A stretch of 64,000 nt of DNA, taken from an uncultured Flavobacteriaceae bacterium. Lineage in GTDB: Bacteria > Bacteroidota > Bacteroidia > Flavobacteriales > Flavobacteriaceae. Both the position numbers and the translations under genes were made by a program. Shown one piece after another: positions 37,003 through 47,223 of the stretch. How positions within the stretch are numbered: position 1 is the stretch's first letter; the number at the start of each line of letters is the position of its first letter. The stretch spans positions 110 through 64,109 of the forward strand of contig CAYTIE010000004.1 in NCBI GenBank assembly GCA_964437815.1, written 5' to 3'. The notes below the pieces were generated by a model, which saw only the letters and a program-made list of their open reading frames with translations, was not told where the DNA came from and made no database searches.

Positions 37003-37707
37003 ATGAAATACAAAAGGATTTTATTAAAATTAAGTGGAGAAGCATTACTCGGAAAGAATTCTTATGGAATTGATAATGAAAGACTTTTGGATTATGCAAA
37101 AGAAATAAAAGAATTACATTCCCTTGGAATAGAGATTGCCATTGTAATAGGAGGTGGAAATATATATAGAGGTTTGTCAGGTGCTCAGAGTGGGATTGAT
37201 AGAGTCCAGGCAGATTATATGGGGATGTTGGCTACCGTTATAAATGGATTAGCTCTTCAGAATGCCCTCGAAAGCATTGATATTCCTACAAGACTTCAAA
37301 CGGCAATAAAAATGGAATCTATAGCAGAACCTTTTATTAAGAGGAAGGCAACAAGACACCTTGAGAAAGGTAGAGTTGTAATTTTTGGATCTGGTACTGG
37401 AAACCCATACTTTACAACTGATTCAGCTGCTGTTTTAAGAGCTATTGAAATTAATGCAGATGTTATCCTAAAAGGCACAAGAGTTGATGGGATATATAAT
37501 GTAGATCCTGAAAAGAATGAAGAGGCTATAAAATTTGACGATATTTCATTTGAAGAGACTATAAAAAAGGGGCTCAAAATAATGGACACAACAGCTTTTA
37601 CATTAAGTAAGGAAAATAAATTACCTATTATTGTTTTTGATATAAATATTAAAGGAAACCTAACGAATGTTGTTTCAGGTAAAAAAATAGGGACTAGGGT
37701 ATTCTAA
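37003..37707 (+). CDS. pyrH: UMP kinase
   Basis: 234 aa. [11 protein letters not shown] and GGGNIYRG motifs. Confidence 0.95.
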   Translation: MKYKRILLKLSGEALLGKNSYGIDNERLLDYAKEIKELHSLGIEIAIVIGGGNIYRGLSGAQSGIDRVQADYMGMLATVINGLALQNALESIDIPTRLQTAIKMESIAEPFIKRKATRHLEKGRVVIFGSGTGNPYFTTDSAAVLRAIEINADVILKGTRVDGIYNVDPEKNEEAIKFDDISFEETIKKGLKIMDTTAFTLSKENKLPIIVFDINIKGNLTNVVSGKKIGTRVF

Positions 37708-37720
37708 TAATTTCAATACA

Positions 37721-38272
37721 ATGGAAGACAATTTAAATATAATAAAGAAAGCAGAAGAAAATATGACTTCTGCAGTTAATCATCTGGAGGGGGAACTTGC
37801 TAAAATAAGAGCTGGAAAAGCAAATCCTATTATGCTAAAAAATATTTTAGTAGACTATTATGGAAATCAAACCCCTCTTAACCAGGTTGCAAATGTAAAT
37901 ACCCCAAATAACCAGACAATTTCTATTCAACCTTGGGAAAAATCATTACTAGATGAAATAGAAAAAAGTATTATTAGCTCTAATCTAGGTTTTAATCCTG
38001 TTAACAATGGGGAATCAATAATAATTAACATACCTCCATTAACAGAAGAAAGAAGAGTTGAATTAACTAAAGTTGCAAAAACTGAATCAGATTCTGCTAA
38101 AGTCACAATAAGAAACATTAGGCAAGACTCTAATCAAAAAATTAAAGCCTTAGATATATCGGAGGATTTAAAATCAAACAATGAAATAGATATTCAAGAG
38201 CTTACAGATAAATACACTAAGATTATTGATGATATGTTCTCATCTAAAGAAAAAGATATATTAACTGTATAA
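37721..38272 (+). CDS. frr: Ribosome recycling factor
   Basis: 183 aa. RRF blocks (LAKIRAGKANP, PPLTEERR). Confidence 0.95.
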   Translation: MEDNLNIIKKAEENMTSAVNHLEGELAKIRAGKANPIMLKNILVDYYGNQTPLNQVANVNTPNNQTISIQPWEKSLLDEIEKSIISSNLGFNPVNNGESIIINIPPLTEERRVELTKVAKTESDSAKVTIRNIRQDSNQKIKALDISEDLKSNNEIDIQELTDKYTKIIDDMFSSKEKDILTV

Positions 38273-38279
38273 CAAATCA

Positions 38280-39713
38280 ATGGATCTTACAAAAATTAAA
38301 GAAATATTTTCTGAAAAATCAAAAAAATCAAATATTAGAATAGGCGGTTGGGTAAGGGCATTTAGAGGTAATAGATTTATTGAGTTAAACGATGGATCCT
38401 CACAAAAGAATATTCAATGTGTAGTAAATGCTGAAACTACAGAAGCTGAAATATTAAAAAATATAAGTGTTGGATCATCATTAATAATTACTGGAAATGT
38501 AGTCAAGAGTATTGGTTCAGGTCAAAAAATTGAAATTGCTGTTAATGAAATATCTATTATTGGAAAATCAGACCCTGAAAAATATCCTATTCAACCAAAA
38601 AAACATAGTTTTGAATTCTTAAGGGAACAAGCCCACCTTCGAATTAGAACTGCGACATTCAGTTCTGTAATGAGGGTTAGGTCTAGTTTAGCTTATGCAA
38701 TACATAATTTTTTTAATGAACAAGGGTTTTATTATGTCAATACACCTATAATTACCTCTAGTGATGCTGAGGGGGCAGGAGAAATGTTTAAAGTCTCTAC
38801 ATTAGATTTTGAGAATATTGAAAAAAATAAGAAAAAAGAAGTAGATTATTCAAAAGATTTTTTTGGAAAAAAAACTAGTTTAACTGTATCTGGTCAACTT
38901 GAGGCTGAAACATATGCTCTAGGATTAGGCAATGTCTATACCTTTGGCCCTACATTTAGAGCTGAAAACTCAAATACCTCAAGACATTTATCAGAATTTT
39001 GGATGATAGAGCCTGAAATGGCTTTTTATGATTTAAATGATAATATGGATCTAGCCGAGTCATTTGTCAAATCAATATTAAATTTTATTCTAAAAAACTG
39101 TAAAGATGATCTTAATTTTCTATCTGAAAGACTATTAAATGAAGAAAAAACAAAACCTCAAGATCAAAGAAGTGAATTAAATTTAATTGAAAGAATTCAG
39201 TTTGTAATTGAAAATGATTTTGTAAGAATATCATACTCAGAGGCTTTTGATATTCTAAAGAATTCTAACAAGAACAAGAAAAAGAAATTTGAATTTATAA
39301 TACAAGAGTGGGGTGTTGACTTTCAAAGTGAACATGAAAGATATCTTGTTGAAAAACACTTTCAATCTCCAGTAATTATATATGACTATCCATCAAAAAT
39401 AAAAGCATTTTATATGAGATTAAATGATGACAAAAAAACAGTTAGAGCAATGGACGTTTTATTCCCTGGAATTGGAGAAATAATTGGTGGGTCTCAAAGA
39501 GAAGAAAGACTTGAAGTCCTTAAAAATAGGATTAAAGAGAGTGGAATAGATGAAGATGAGATATGGTGGTATTTAGATCTGAGAAAATATGGCACAGTCC
39601 CACATAGTGGTTTTGGACTTGGATTTGAAAGAATTGTTCAATTTTGTACAGGAATGTCAAATATAAGGGATGTTATACCATATCCAAGGTCACCAAAAAA
39701 CGCTTCTTTTTAG
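38280..39713 (+). CDS. asnS: Asparaginyl-tRNA synthetase
   Basis: 477 aa class IIb. An N-terminal OB fold, FRAENSNTSRHLSEFWM, and motif 3 GFGLGFER. Confidence 0.93.
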   Translation: MDLTKIKEIFSEKSKKSNIRIGGWVRAFRGNRFIELNDGSSQKNIQCVVNAETTEAEILKNISVGSSLIITGNVVKSIGSGQKIEIAVNEISIIGKSDPEKYPIQPKKHSFEFLREQAHLRIRTATFSSVMRVRSSLAYAIHNFFNEQGFYYVNTPIITSSDAEGAGEMFKVSTLDFENIEKNKKKEVDYSKDFFGKKTSLTVSGQLEAETYALGLGNVYTFGPTFRAENSNTSRHLSEFWMIEPEMAFYDLNDNMDLAESFVKSILNFILKNCKDDLNFLSERLLNEEKTKPQDQRSELNLIERIQFVIENDFVRISYSEAFDILKNSNKNKKKKFEFIIQEWGVDFQSEHERYLVEKHFQSPVIIYDYPSKIKAFYMRLNDDKKTVRAMDVLFPGIGEIIGGSQREERLEVLKNRIKESGIDEDEIWWYLDLRKYGTVPHSGFGLGFERIVQFCTGMSNIRDVIPYPRSPKNASF

Positions 39714-39768
39714 TTTCAAAATTGATAAAATTTCTTTTTTTAATTTTGTTATAAATAATTAACTATTA

Positions 39769-41211
39769 ATGCTTAATCAAAAGCTTAAATTAAAACTTTC
39801 TCAAAAGTTGTCTCCTCAGCAGATTCAACTTATGAAATTAATTCAACTCTCTACATTAGAGTTTGAAGAAAAAATAAAGAATGAAATTGAAGAAAATCCT
39901 GCATTAGAAAGAGGAGTCGAGGATACAGAAGATTTGGGAACAAGTAATGAAGCAGATAATATAGAAGATAAATTTGAAGAAAATGAAATAGATATTGATT
40001 CATATTTATCTGAGGATGATTTTCCTTCATATGAATTGGGCTATTATAACTCTAGTGACTCAACAAATAAAGAAATACCGACATCTGGCGGAATAAGTTT
40101 CCATCAATTTCTTGACAATCAAGTAAAAAATCTAATAATTAAAGAATCTGATAAACCAATTGCTGATTTTATAATTGGAAGTATTGACGAAAGTGGATAT
40201 GTAAGAAGAAATATTGACGATCTAATTGATGACCTAGCCTTTTCACAAAATTTAATAGTAGAGAAAGATAAAATAGAGTTAATATTAAAAAAAATTCAAG
40301 GTCTTGACCCGCCAGGAGTTGCTGCTAGGTCACTTCAAGAATGTTTAATGCTTCAGCTAAATAGAAAGGATAAGGGAAGAGAATCAATATTTAATGCATC
40401 CAAGATTATTGAAAACGAATTTGAATTATTTTCAAGCAAAAAATATAAGAAACTTGTTGAGAAATTGAATATTTCAGATTTTCAATTAAAGGAAGCTATA
40501 GGTGAAATTTCAAAATTGAATCCTAAACCTGGAGGATCAATTTCTTCTGAAATTCAAAATAATACTATAACTCCAGATTTTATTTTAACTATTGATGATG
40601 GTAACCTTATAGTTGAGATAAATAAAAGGAATGCACCTGAATTAAAACTATCAAATTCTTATAAAGAAATGCTTGCAGGTTATAAAAACGACCCAAATAA
40701 AAAGAAAAGTCAAAACGATGCAATTCAATTCATCAAACAAAAATTAGATTCAGCTAAATGGTTTATTGATGCTATTGCTCAAAGAGAACAGACTCTTCTT
40801 TTAACAATAAATGCTATAATTGATTTTCAGAAAGATTATTTTTTAACAGGTGAAGAGAAGCTAATAAAACCAATGATTCTTAAGGATATAGCTGAAAAAA
40901 TAGATATGGATATATCTACTATTTCAAGGGTTGCTAATAGTAAATATATTGACACTCCTTATGGTATAAAACTATTAAAAAGTTACTTTTCAGAGGGTAT
41001 GAAAAATATTGAAGGTGAAGATATTTCAACAATTGAGATTAAAAAAATATTAAAAGAAATAATTAGTAATGAAGACAAAAATAAACCTCTTGCCGATCTT
41101 GAACTATCAAAAAGACTTGTAGAGGAAGGTTATAAAGTTGCTAGAAGAACTATTGCAAAATATAGAGAACAAATGGATATTCCAGTTGCAAGGTTAAGAA
41201 AAGAACTATAG
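39769..41211 (+). CDS. rpoN: RNA polymerase sigma-54 factor
   Basis: 480 aa. A Gln/Leu-rich N terminus (LSQKLSPQQIQLMKL), an acidic region, and the C-terminal RpoN box ARRTIAKYR. Confidence 0.95.
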   Translation: MLNQKLKLKLSQKLSPQQIQLMKLIQLSTLEFEEKIKNEIEENPALERGVEDTEDLGTSNEADNIEDKFEENEIDIDSYLSEDDFPSYELGYYNSSDSTNKEIPTSGGISFHQFLDNQVKNLIIKESDKPIADFIIGSIDESGYVRRNIDDLIDDLAFSQNLIVEKDKIELILKKIQGLDPPGVAARSLQECLMLQLNRKDKGRESIFNASKIIENEFELFSSKKYKKLVEKLNISDFQLKEAIGEISKLNPKPGGSISSEIQNNTITPDFILTIDDGNLIVEINKRNAPELKLSNSYKEMLAGYKNDPNKKKSQNDAIQFIKQKLDSAKWFIDAIAQREQTLLLTINAIIDFQKDYFLTGEEKLIKPMILKDIAEKIDMDISTISRVANSKYIDTPYGIKLLKSYFSEGMKNIEGEDISTIEIKKILKEIISNEDKNKPLADLELSKRLVEEGYKVARRTIAKYREQMDIPVARLRKEL

Positions 41212-41907
41212 TATATAAAAAACTAAGCCTATTTTAAAAAATTTAATATCAATTTCATCTCCTATATCTGTTTTTTTACCTTCAAGCAATGAATTTAGGT
41301 CATATTCCAAAGAAATATTCCAAGTATTAAATCCAGAATTTAAATAAATTGAATGCGTCCACTCCCTTCTATTTTTAATTTTCAAGGATCTTCCGTATGA
41401 AGGGTTTGAGTTTATATAATAATTTCTTTTAACCTTAAAACCTGTATAAACTCTCCAAAAATCATATCTATCAGGAGTAGAATTTCTAAATCTTAATTCA
41501 ATTGGAAATACAATTGAGGAATAGTTTAACTCATTCTTTGATTCAAGAAATCGACTAACAATAAGTCTATAGTCAACTTGATTATCTGAGTTTAACAATG
41601 GCTGAATATTAGAGGTGAATTTATTTCCCTCAAAACCAACTCCTAAACCAAGTGCTGTCTGATTCTTTTTATCAATAGAAATATCTTTAATAAAACCAAT
41701 TTGAAAATTTCCTGAAAACCCATTCTGTTTAAAGTTATCTATATCTTTAACTTGCATAAAATAGCTAACACCTATATAAAATTGATCTTCCTTATAGTCT
41801 ACATTATTTTTTTGACAATAAATATGTTGAACTGAAAAAAGACAGATAAAAAGATTAAGAAGATATTTTAACCTTATATTAATTAAAGTTTTGAGTATAA
41901 TCACCAA
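41206..41907 (-). CDS. Outer-membrane beta-barrel (porin-family) protein
   Basis: 233 aa. It has a signal peptide, alternating-residue beta strands and a C-terminal aromatic-rich strand (FKIGLVFYIL). Confidence 0.55.
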   Translation of the reverse strand: MVIILKTLINIRLKYLLNLFICLFSVQHIYCQKNNVDYKEDQFYIGVSYFMQVKDIDNFKQNGFSGNFQIGFIKDISIDKKNQTALGLGVGFEGNKFTSNIQPLLNSDNQVDYRLIVSRFLESKNELNYSSIVFPIELRFRNSTPDRYDFWRVYTGFKVKRNYYINSNPSYGRSLKIKNRREWTHSIYLNSGFNTWNISLEYDLNSLLEGKKTDIGDEIDIKFFKIGLVFYIL

Positions 41908-42361
41908 CTCTAGTTGTATAGTTTATCTTAAGAGCATTAACTTTTCTTAGTTCTTGTTTTATATCACTAATTATACCCATTTTAGTATCACTATCTACTT
42001 TAAGAGCTGTTGTTAAAACATTTTGAAGTTCTTCTCTCTTAGCTGCTCTTTCAGCTAAGACAAATGCCCCAACTTCATCAATAGTTCCAAATTTATCATT
42101 TAATTGAATTCTAGCTTCTGAACCATAAGTATCAATATATCTACTAGAGGGTTTGCCTGCATAGATATATATAACCCTATCTTTTTTATCAAGTTTTTGA
42201 ATTTGATCAGCAGCTGGTAAAGTATTTTGAACCATTAATGTATTATCTCTCATCACAGTTGCTACCATGAAAAAGAATAATAGCATAAATACTATATCAG
42301 GAAGTGAGGCTGTTGATATAGCTGGTAGTTCTCCACTTTTCTTTTTATTAAATTTCGCCAT
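41879..42361 (-). CDS. exbD: ExbD/TolR-family biopolymer transport protein
   Basis: 160 aa with a single N-terminal TM (SLPDIVFMLLFFFMV) and a periplasmic domain. Confidence 0.82.
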   Translation of the reverse strand: MAKFNKKKSGELPAISTASLPDIVFMLLFFFMVATVMRDNTLMVQNTLPAADQIQKLDKKDRVIYIYAGKPSSRYIDTYGSEARIQLNDKFGTIDEVGAFVLAERAAKREELQNVLTTALKVDSDTKMGIISDIKQELRKVNALKINYTTRVGDYTQNFN

Positions 42362-42362
42362 C

Positions 42363-42983
42363 TTAATTTACTTTACTCGGTTCTGCCTCTGATAATTTTT
42401 GAGGATATAGATTTTTGACTACGTTCAATTTTTCTTTTAAATTCTCCCTTTCACCTGATGTTGTCCTTGGATCATTATAAATAAAATCAGCTTGAACATA
42501 GGTTAAGCCTACAGAAGGATATAACTTCATAAATTCACGATTTCTAAGTTCGTTATATGCAGCTACTAGTTCATTCTGCACAGCAATATATGACTTATAT
42601 GGTGTTTCTCTATCATTCTTTAATGATATGATGGCTTTTTCTGGATTATCTGAAGATCTAGGGCTTCTTGCACCCTGACAGTAATCACAAGCTTCTTCCC
42701 CTTTTCCTCCTCCATTGTCTAGAAAATCCATTGCTAAGCCTCTTAAATCTTTAATATCAGTTAAATCCTCTTCAACTAGAATTTGACTGTATTTATTAAC
42801 AACAACAGTGAAAATATTTTTTTCTTTAATAATAGGGGGATCAATTTGATCTTCCATTGGCGGAAGCTTTCTATTAATTCCACTATCTGTCTCAATAGTT
42901 GTTGTTACTAAAAAGAATATAAGTAACAAAAAGGCGATATCCGCCATTGATCCGGCATTTACTTCTGGAGATTTTCTAGGCAT
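42363..42983 (-). CDS. exbD: ExbD/TolR-family biopolymer transport protein (long paralog)
   Basis: 206 aa. SMADIAFLLLIFFLVTT TM, then a periplasmic domain with an extra Cys-containing insert (CDYCQG). Confidence 0.8.
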   Translation of the reverse strand: MPRKSPEVNAGSMADIAFLLLIFFLVTTTIETDSGINRKLPPMEDQIDPPIIKEKNIFTVVVNKYSQILVEEDLTDIKDLRGLAMDFLDNGGGKGEEACDYCQGARSPRSSDNPEKAIISLKNDRETPYKSYIAVQNELVAAYNELRNREFMKLYPSVGLTYVQADFIYNDPRTTSGERENLKEKLNVVKNLYPQKLSEAEPSKVN

Positions 42984-42986
42984 AGC

Positions 42987-43430
42987 TTATTTTTTTAAAG
43001 ATCTTATTCTTCCTGATAAAACCATAAGTCCCACAGCAACAATTGATAAAATATAAAAGACTCTAATTCCAGTTCCAACTAGTTTTGAACCTGTAGCAGA
43101 TAGAACTTTACCATCTCTCATTGGTGTTTCAACTCCATTAGATAAGAGAAAAGCAATTATGAATACTCCTAAAAACAATAAAAAAGACATCATAGAGCTT
43201 TTTAATTTTGCTTTATCAGCCATAAGACCTTTAAAAGAAAAAGTTAATGTTACTACTATAGCTATTAATAAAGTTAGCTGACTTAATAATATTATAGGAG
43301 TTATTACTCCATACTCTCCTACAGATGCAGCCATTTTAATCTCTTCATCGCCTGTCATAAAGACTAAGAAAAGAAATATTACTCCTAAAACTCCAAGGGC
43401 TATACAACCTATTCTAGCAATTTTATTCAT
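42987..43430 (-). CDS. Hypothetical 4-TM membrane protein in the ExbBD cluster
   Basis: 147 aa and hydrophobic. I recognise no motif. It lies between exbB and exbD. Confidence 0.45.
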   Translation of the reverse strand: MNKIARIGCIALGVLGVIFLFLVFMTGDEEIKMAASVGEYGVITPIILLSQLTLLIAIVVTLTFSFKGLMADKAKLKSSMMSFLLFLGVFIIAFLLSNGVETPMRDGKVLSATGSKLVGTGIRVFYILSIVAVGLMVLSGRIRSLKK

Positions 43431-43436
43431 GTCAAA

Positions 43437-44237
43437 TTATTTTTTTTTTGCAGAAAGAATATCAATTAATGTAATTGAAGCATCTTCCATATCATTAACA
43501 ATAGAATCAATTTTAGCAACTATATAGTTATAAAATACCTGAAGGATAATAGCAACAATTAAACCAAATACTGTTGTTAAAAGAGCCACTTTAATTCCTC
43601 CTGCAACTAAAGATGGTTGCATATCTCCAGCAGCTTCAATTCTATCAAATGCAGTAATCATCCCTATTACAGTTCCCATGAAACCAAGCATTGGAGCTAG
43701 AGCTATAAAAAGAGAAATCCATGAAACATTTTTTTCTAACTGTCCCATTTGGACACCACCATATGCTATAACAGCTTTTTCTGCACTATCAACACCATCT
43801 TTAGCTCTATCAAGTCCTTGATAGAAAATTGAAGCAACAGGACCTTTAGTATTTCTACAAACTTCTTTTGCAGCTTCAATACCTCCTGATTTAAGAGCAG
43901 CTTCAACTTCTGATGTTAACTTGTTCGTGTCAGTAGCAGAAAGGTTAAGATAGATTATTCTTTCAATTGAAATAGCTAAACCTAAAATTAAACAGATTAA
44001 AACTATTCCCATAAAGCTAGGCCCACCTTCAATAAAACGAGTCTTTAACTCTTGAGTGAAATTAGCTGAAGTGTCTTCTGATGGGGATTCCATCATTTCT
44101 TCAGATGCCGACTCATCTTGAACGGTTTCTGAATCTTCTTGAGTGGTTAGATTAACATTTGTAAAAGCATAAGTGCTTGATGTAAATGCAATACTTACAA
44201 AAGCAGACAAGAAGAAAGAAATTAATATTTTTTTCAT
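43437..44237 (-). CDS. exbB: MotA/TolQ/ExbB proton-channel protein
   Basis: 266 aa. It has a signal peptide and acidic linker, and the conserved LGFMGTVIGMITAF and ALLTTVFGLIVAI helices. Confidence 0.88.
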   Translation of the reverse strand: MKKILISFFLSAFVSIAFTSSTYAFTNVNLTTQEDSETVQDESASEEMMESPSEDTSANFTQELKTRFIEGGPSFMGIVLICLILGLAISIERIIYLNLSATDTNKLTSEVEAALKSGGIEAAKEVCRNTKGPVASIFYQGLDRAKDGVDSAEKAVIAYGGVQMGQLEKNVSWISLFIALAPMLGFMGTVIGMITAFDRIEAAGDMQPSLVAGGIKVALLTTVFGLIVAIILQVFYNYIVAKIDSIVNDMEDASITLIDILSAKKK

Positions 44238-44317
44238 TTTTATAATATTTTCGATAATTGAGATTGGAAAGATAAAAAAAAATATATACGATTCAAATTT
44301 TTTTCCATCAGGATTTT

Positions 44318-45727
44318 TTAATCATTTTTTTTTAAATCTATCTGCTTTGGGATATAGCTCTGATATGGATATTCATTAGGCATTACATATGGGCCTGTAG
44401 TTAATATTAGAGGGAAATCTGAGTCTGGGTTAAATATAAACTCTAGCATAGTAGCTGTATAACCATTTTTATCACTGATTAAATTAATCTTATACTCATC
44501 TTGACTATTTATCTTAAGTGGTGTTTGATTCCATAGTTTTCCTTCTTCCCATAACCTAAAGTCTCTTGTTTCTTTATTATTTGCTTCCCAAATTGAAACC
44601 TTATACTCTTGTTCTGAATTCACCTTACTAATAAGGGTATCATTTTTTATTTCCCAAACTATATTTGGAAAATTATGATCATTTATAATCCTTGTGTAGA
44701 AAGAAAATAAATTTTCATTTAAGTATCTTCCATTTAAAGAATGGTTAACATTTGGGACATATTGAAGATATTTATCTCCTGGTAGTTCATTAAAATAAAA
44801 CCTCCAAGAATCAGTTGAGAAAAATTCATCTGACCCAGCGTTAATTAAGAGTTTAGGCATTGTAAACTTTTCTTTGAAATAATAAGGCTCAACATATTTC
44901 ATTAATATTTCAAATTCTTTTGTACTCATCCAATCAGGAATACTATAGTTAACATAATCTTGAATAGCAAGAGAATACTCCCCATAACTTCTATAATGAT
45001 TCTCAAAAGATTCGTTTAAGTTTAGCATATCTATAACCATAGGAGCAATTGCTATAACTCTTTTATCTATTGCAGCAGTTGTCCATGTAGTCCAACCTCT
45101 TTTAGATGCTCCTGAGACAACAAATTCTTTTACATTTATCTTATTCTTTTTAGCAATTTCTTGAACAAGATCCATTGCTCTAACAACAGCTCTAGTCATT
45201 GGTAACCTAGGCAGCCACTCAATATCACTACTTTTAGCTCCAGATTTCAAAAACCTATTCCAAGAGAATGCTATTAGGTCATCTTCATAAAAATCCTTTT
45301 GATCAGAATCTAAAAAATTTATTGGTTGAAAAGGAATGTTACTAATATTTGCAATAACTGACTTACTTTCTATTGCATATGAAATACTTGTACTATCTAA
45401 TCTAAAGAATTCTTCATCTTTAGTACCACCATCAATAAACATTAAAGATTTATCAAATTCTACCTCCTTAGGAATTATAATATCAACATAATGCCACCAT
45501 TCAACTTCATCTACCAACTTTTCATTAAGCCATTTACCTGAAACCATTCTTACATGGTAACCTGTCCAATTATCTTCAATTATTGAATCAACTACCTTAT
45601 AACTATATTCGTCTTGAGTTTCATATACATAATCTTTAAGTGGATTCTCTATTTCATTGTTACATGAACTAAAGATTAATAAAATAAAATGAAGCTTGTA
45701 TATATATTTTTTTAACACTTTCAACAT
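44318..45727 (-). CDS. PhoPQ-activated pathogenicity-related (PqaA-type) family protein, secreted alpha/beta-hydrolase-like
   Basis: 469 aa with a lipoprotein-like signal (LIFSSC). The SGASKRGWTTW block is characteristic of this family. Confidence 0.6.
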   Translation of the reverse strand: MLKVLKKYIYKLHFILLIFSSCNNEIENPLKDYVYETQDEYSYKVVDSIIEDNWTGYHVRMVSGKWLNEKLVDEVEWWHYVDIIIPKEVEFDKSLMFIDGGTKDEEFFRLDSTSISYAIESKSVIANISNIPFQPINFLDSDQKDFYEDDLIAFSWNRFLKSGAKSSDIEWLPRLPMTRAVVRAMDLVQEIAKKNKINVKEFVVSGASKRGWTTWTTAAIDKRVIAIAPMVIDMLNLNESFENHYRSYGEYSLAIQDYVNYSIPDWMSTKEFEILMKYVEPYYFKEKFTMPKLLINAGSDEFFSTDSWRFYFNELPGDKYLQYVPNVNHSLNGRYLNENLFSFYTRIINDHNFPNIVWEIKNDTLISKVNSEQEYKVSIWEANNKETRDFRLWEEGKLWNQTPLKINSQDEYKINLISDKNGYTATMLEFIFNPDSDFPLILTTGPYVMPNEYPYQSYIPKQIDLKKND

Positions 45728-45746
45728 CAGTAAAAACTAGAAATCA

Positions 45747-46616
45747 TTAGTCTCTTTTTTCTCTTCCCATTCCATCCGGCATACCTTTATAATACCTGAA
45801 TTGTTCAATTGGTTTATCGTTAAAATACTTTATTCTGTTTTTTAATCTATTGAATACTTTTTCTTTTTCTCCATCTGGGTACTTGTCCAAATCAGAACCA
45901 AGATATTTATTCCATCCACTTGACCATTGGCTAATGTATTTCGACCCAGACAGTATTTTTAATTCAGAAAATCCTGAAATATCAACATTGGTATTTCTAT
46001 CACCAACATTACCCCCGTAAAATAAAAATTCAGGAACAGCATAAGATTTTAAATTTTGGTGAATAATTTGTCCTTCATACATTAAATGCCATTCTGCAGC
46101 TCTTACTGCATCAGCAGTTAAATATGCTGAAGCTCTATGATCACTTTTATGCCAGACCTGGTAATTGAATCCTGGATCAAAAGACATTAAAACATCTGGT
46201 TTTATTTTCCTTATATAATAAACAATTTTTCCAATAATTTCCTCTCTATTTGCAAATTCAAGCCTCCCATCATCATATCCTAAGTTAATATATTGTTTTT
46301 CTGTTAAGCCTATTACCTTCATTGCTTCAAGCTGTTCTTTTCTTCTTATAATAGACAGATCATTCTTATTTATGGTGAGATCCTTAGTTCCTACATTTCC
46401 TGTTGTTAAGGTGAGAATAAAGATTTTATTTGAATTTTTGTTTAAAAGGGCTAATGTTCCATGAGATAACCAATCGTCATCTGGATGGGCCCCTACAAGA
46501 AGAATAGTTTTATTTTTCCATTTCTCAACTGGCACCTCAGGTTGCGAGAAACCTAATTTAAAAATGAAGAATGTAAAAACAATGATTAAAAATTGAAACT
46601 TATTTATCATAAACAC
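45747..46616 (-). CDS. PIG-L/LmbE-family deacetylase (secreted)
   Basis: 289 aa with a signal peptide. VGAHPDDD and HKSDH metal-binding motifs. Confidence 0.8.
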   Translation of the reverse strand: MFMINKFQFLIIVFTFFIFKLGFSQPEVPVEKWKNKTILLVGAHPDDDWLSHGTLALLNKNSNKIFILTLTTGNVGTKDLTINKNDLSIIRRKEQLEAMKVIGLTEKQYINLGYDDGRLEFANREEIIGKIVYYIRKIKPDVLMSFDPGFNYQVWHKSDHRASAYLTADAVRAAEWHLMYEGQIIHQNLKSYAVPEFLFYGGNVGDRNTNVDISGFSELKILSGSKYISQWSSGWNKYLGSDLDKYPDGEKEKVFNRLKNRIKYFNDKPIEQFRYYKGMPDGMGREKRD

Positions 46617-46774
46617 AACATTTTTAAAAAATTAATTTTTTCTTAAGGTTTATCATTCAGATTAAATGGATATGATGAATAACACAATTTACAAAAATTA
46701 ATGCTAATTAAATTTTAGGACTAAAAAATAATAGTGTTTTTTTATATTTATTTAAATTCACATTATTTTTTTAT

Positions 46775-47212
46775 ATGAAAAAAATCACATACTCTATTAA
46801 TGAAATGCAAAATGCAATTAGACAAATAGTTGAACAGATAAATATTTCTGAGTTTAATCCAGAAGTTATAATAAGCATAAATAGAGGTGGATGTGTACCT
46901 GGAGTTTACCTTTCACATTTATTAAATAAACCACATAAAATGATTGATATTAAATCCTTAAAAGGTGATTCAGAAAATGAAATTTCCTTTTTAAAAAAGA
47001 ACAAACTGATACTCATAATTGATGATATTAATGATACTGGTAAAACTTTTAATTATGTAAAAAAAATATTCAAGGATCCAGATTGTGAGATACGTTTTGC
47101 AGCATTAATAAATAATGTTACAAGTAAAACTAAAATTGATTATCATGGCCAATTAATTGATAAATCGAATAATCCAGTTTGGTATGTTTTTCCATGGGAA
47201 AATTGGTGGTAA
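46775..47212 (+). CDS. Gpt-like purine phosphoribosyltransferase (type I PRTase)
   Basis: 145 aa. SINRGGCVPG and the PRPP loop LILIIDDINDTGKT, with a C-terminal FPWE. The layout parallels E. coli xanthine-guanine PRTase. Confidence 0.7.
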   Translation: MKKITYSINEMQNAIRQIVEQINISEFNPEVIISINRGGCVPGVYLSHLLNKPHKMIDIKSLKGDSENEISFLKKNKLILIIDDINDTGKTFNYVKKIFKDPDCEIRFAALINNVTSKTKIDYHGQLIDKSNNPVWYVFPWENWW

Positions 47213-47223
47213 ACTTTTAGTAA

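Noticed and set aside
41206-44237. The ExbB / 4-TM protein / ExbD / ExbD / beta-barrel cluster, considered as a possible novel system.
   Set aside because: This exact arrangement (exbB, small membrane protein, two exbD paralogues) is the ordinary flavobacterial TonB-energising cluster. Nothing in the sequence departs from that pattern. TonB itself is simply not in this window.
46617-46774. Possible preQ1 riboswitch upstream of the PRTase-yhhQ pair.
   Set aside because: I could not find the small P1 hairpin followed by the A-rich ...AAAAAACUA tail in the right order on the + strand. Only an ACTAAAAAATAA stretch without a convincing stem is present. A covariance-model scan is needed before any claim.
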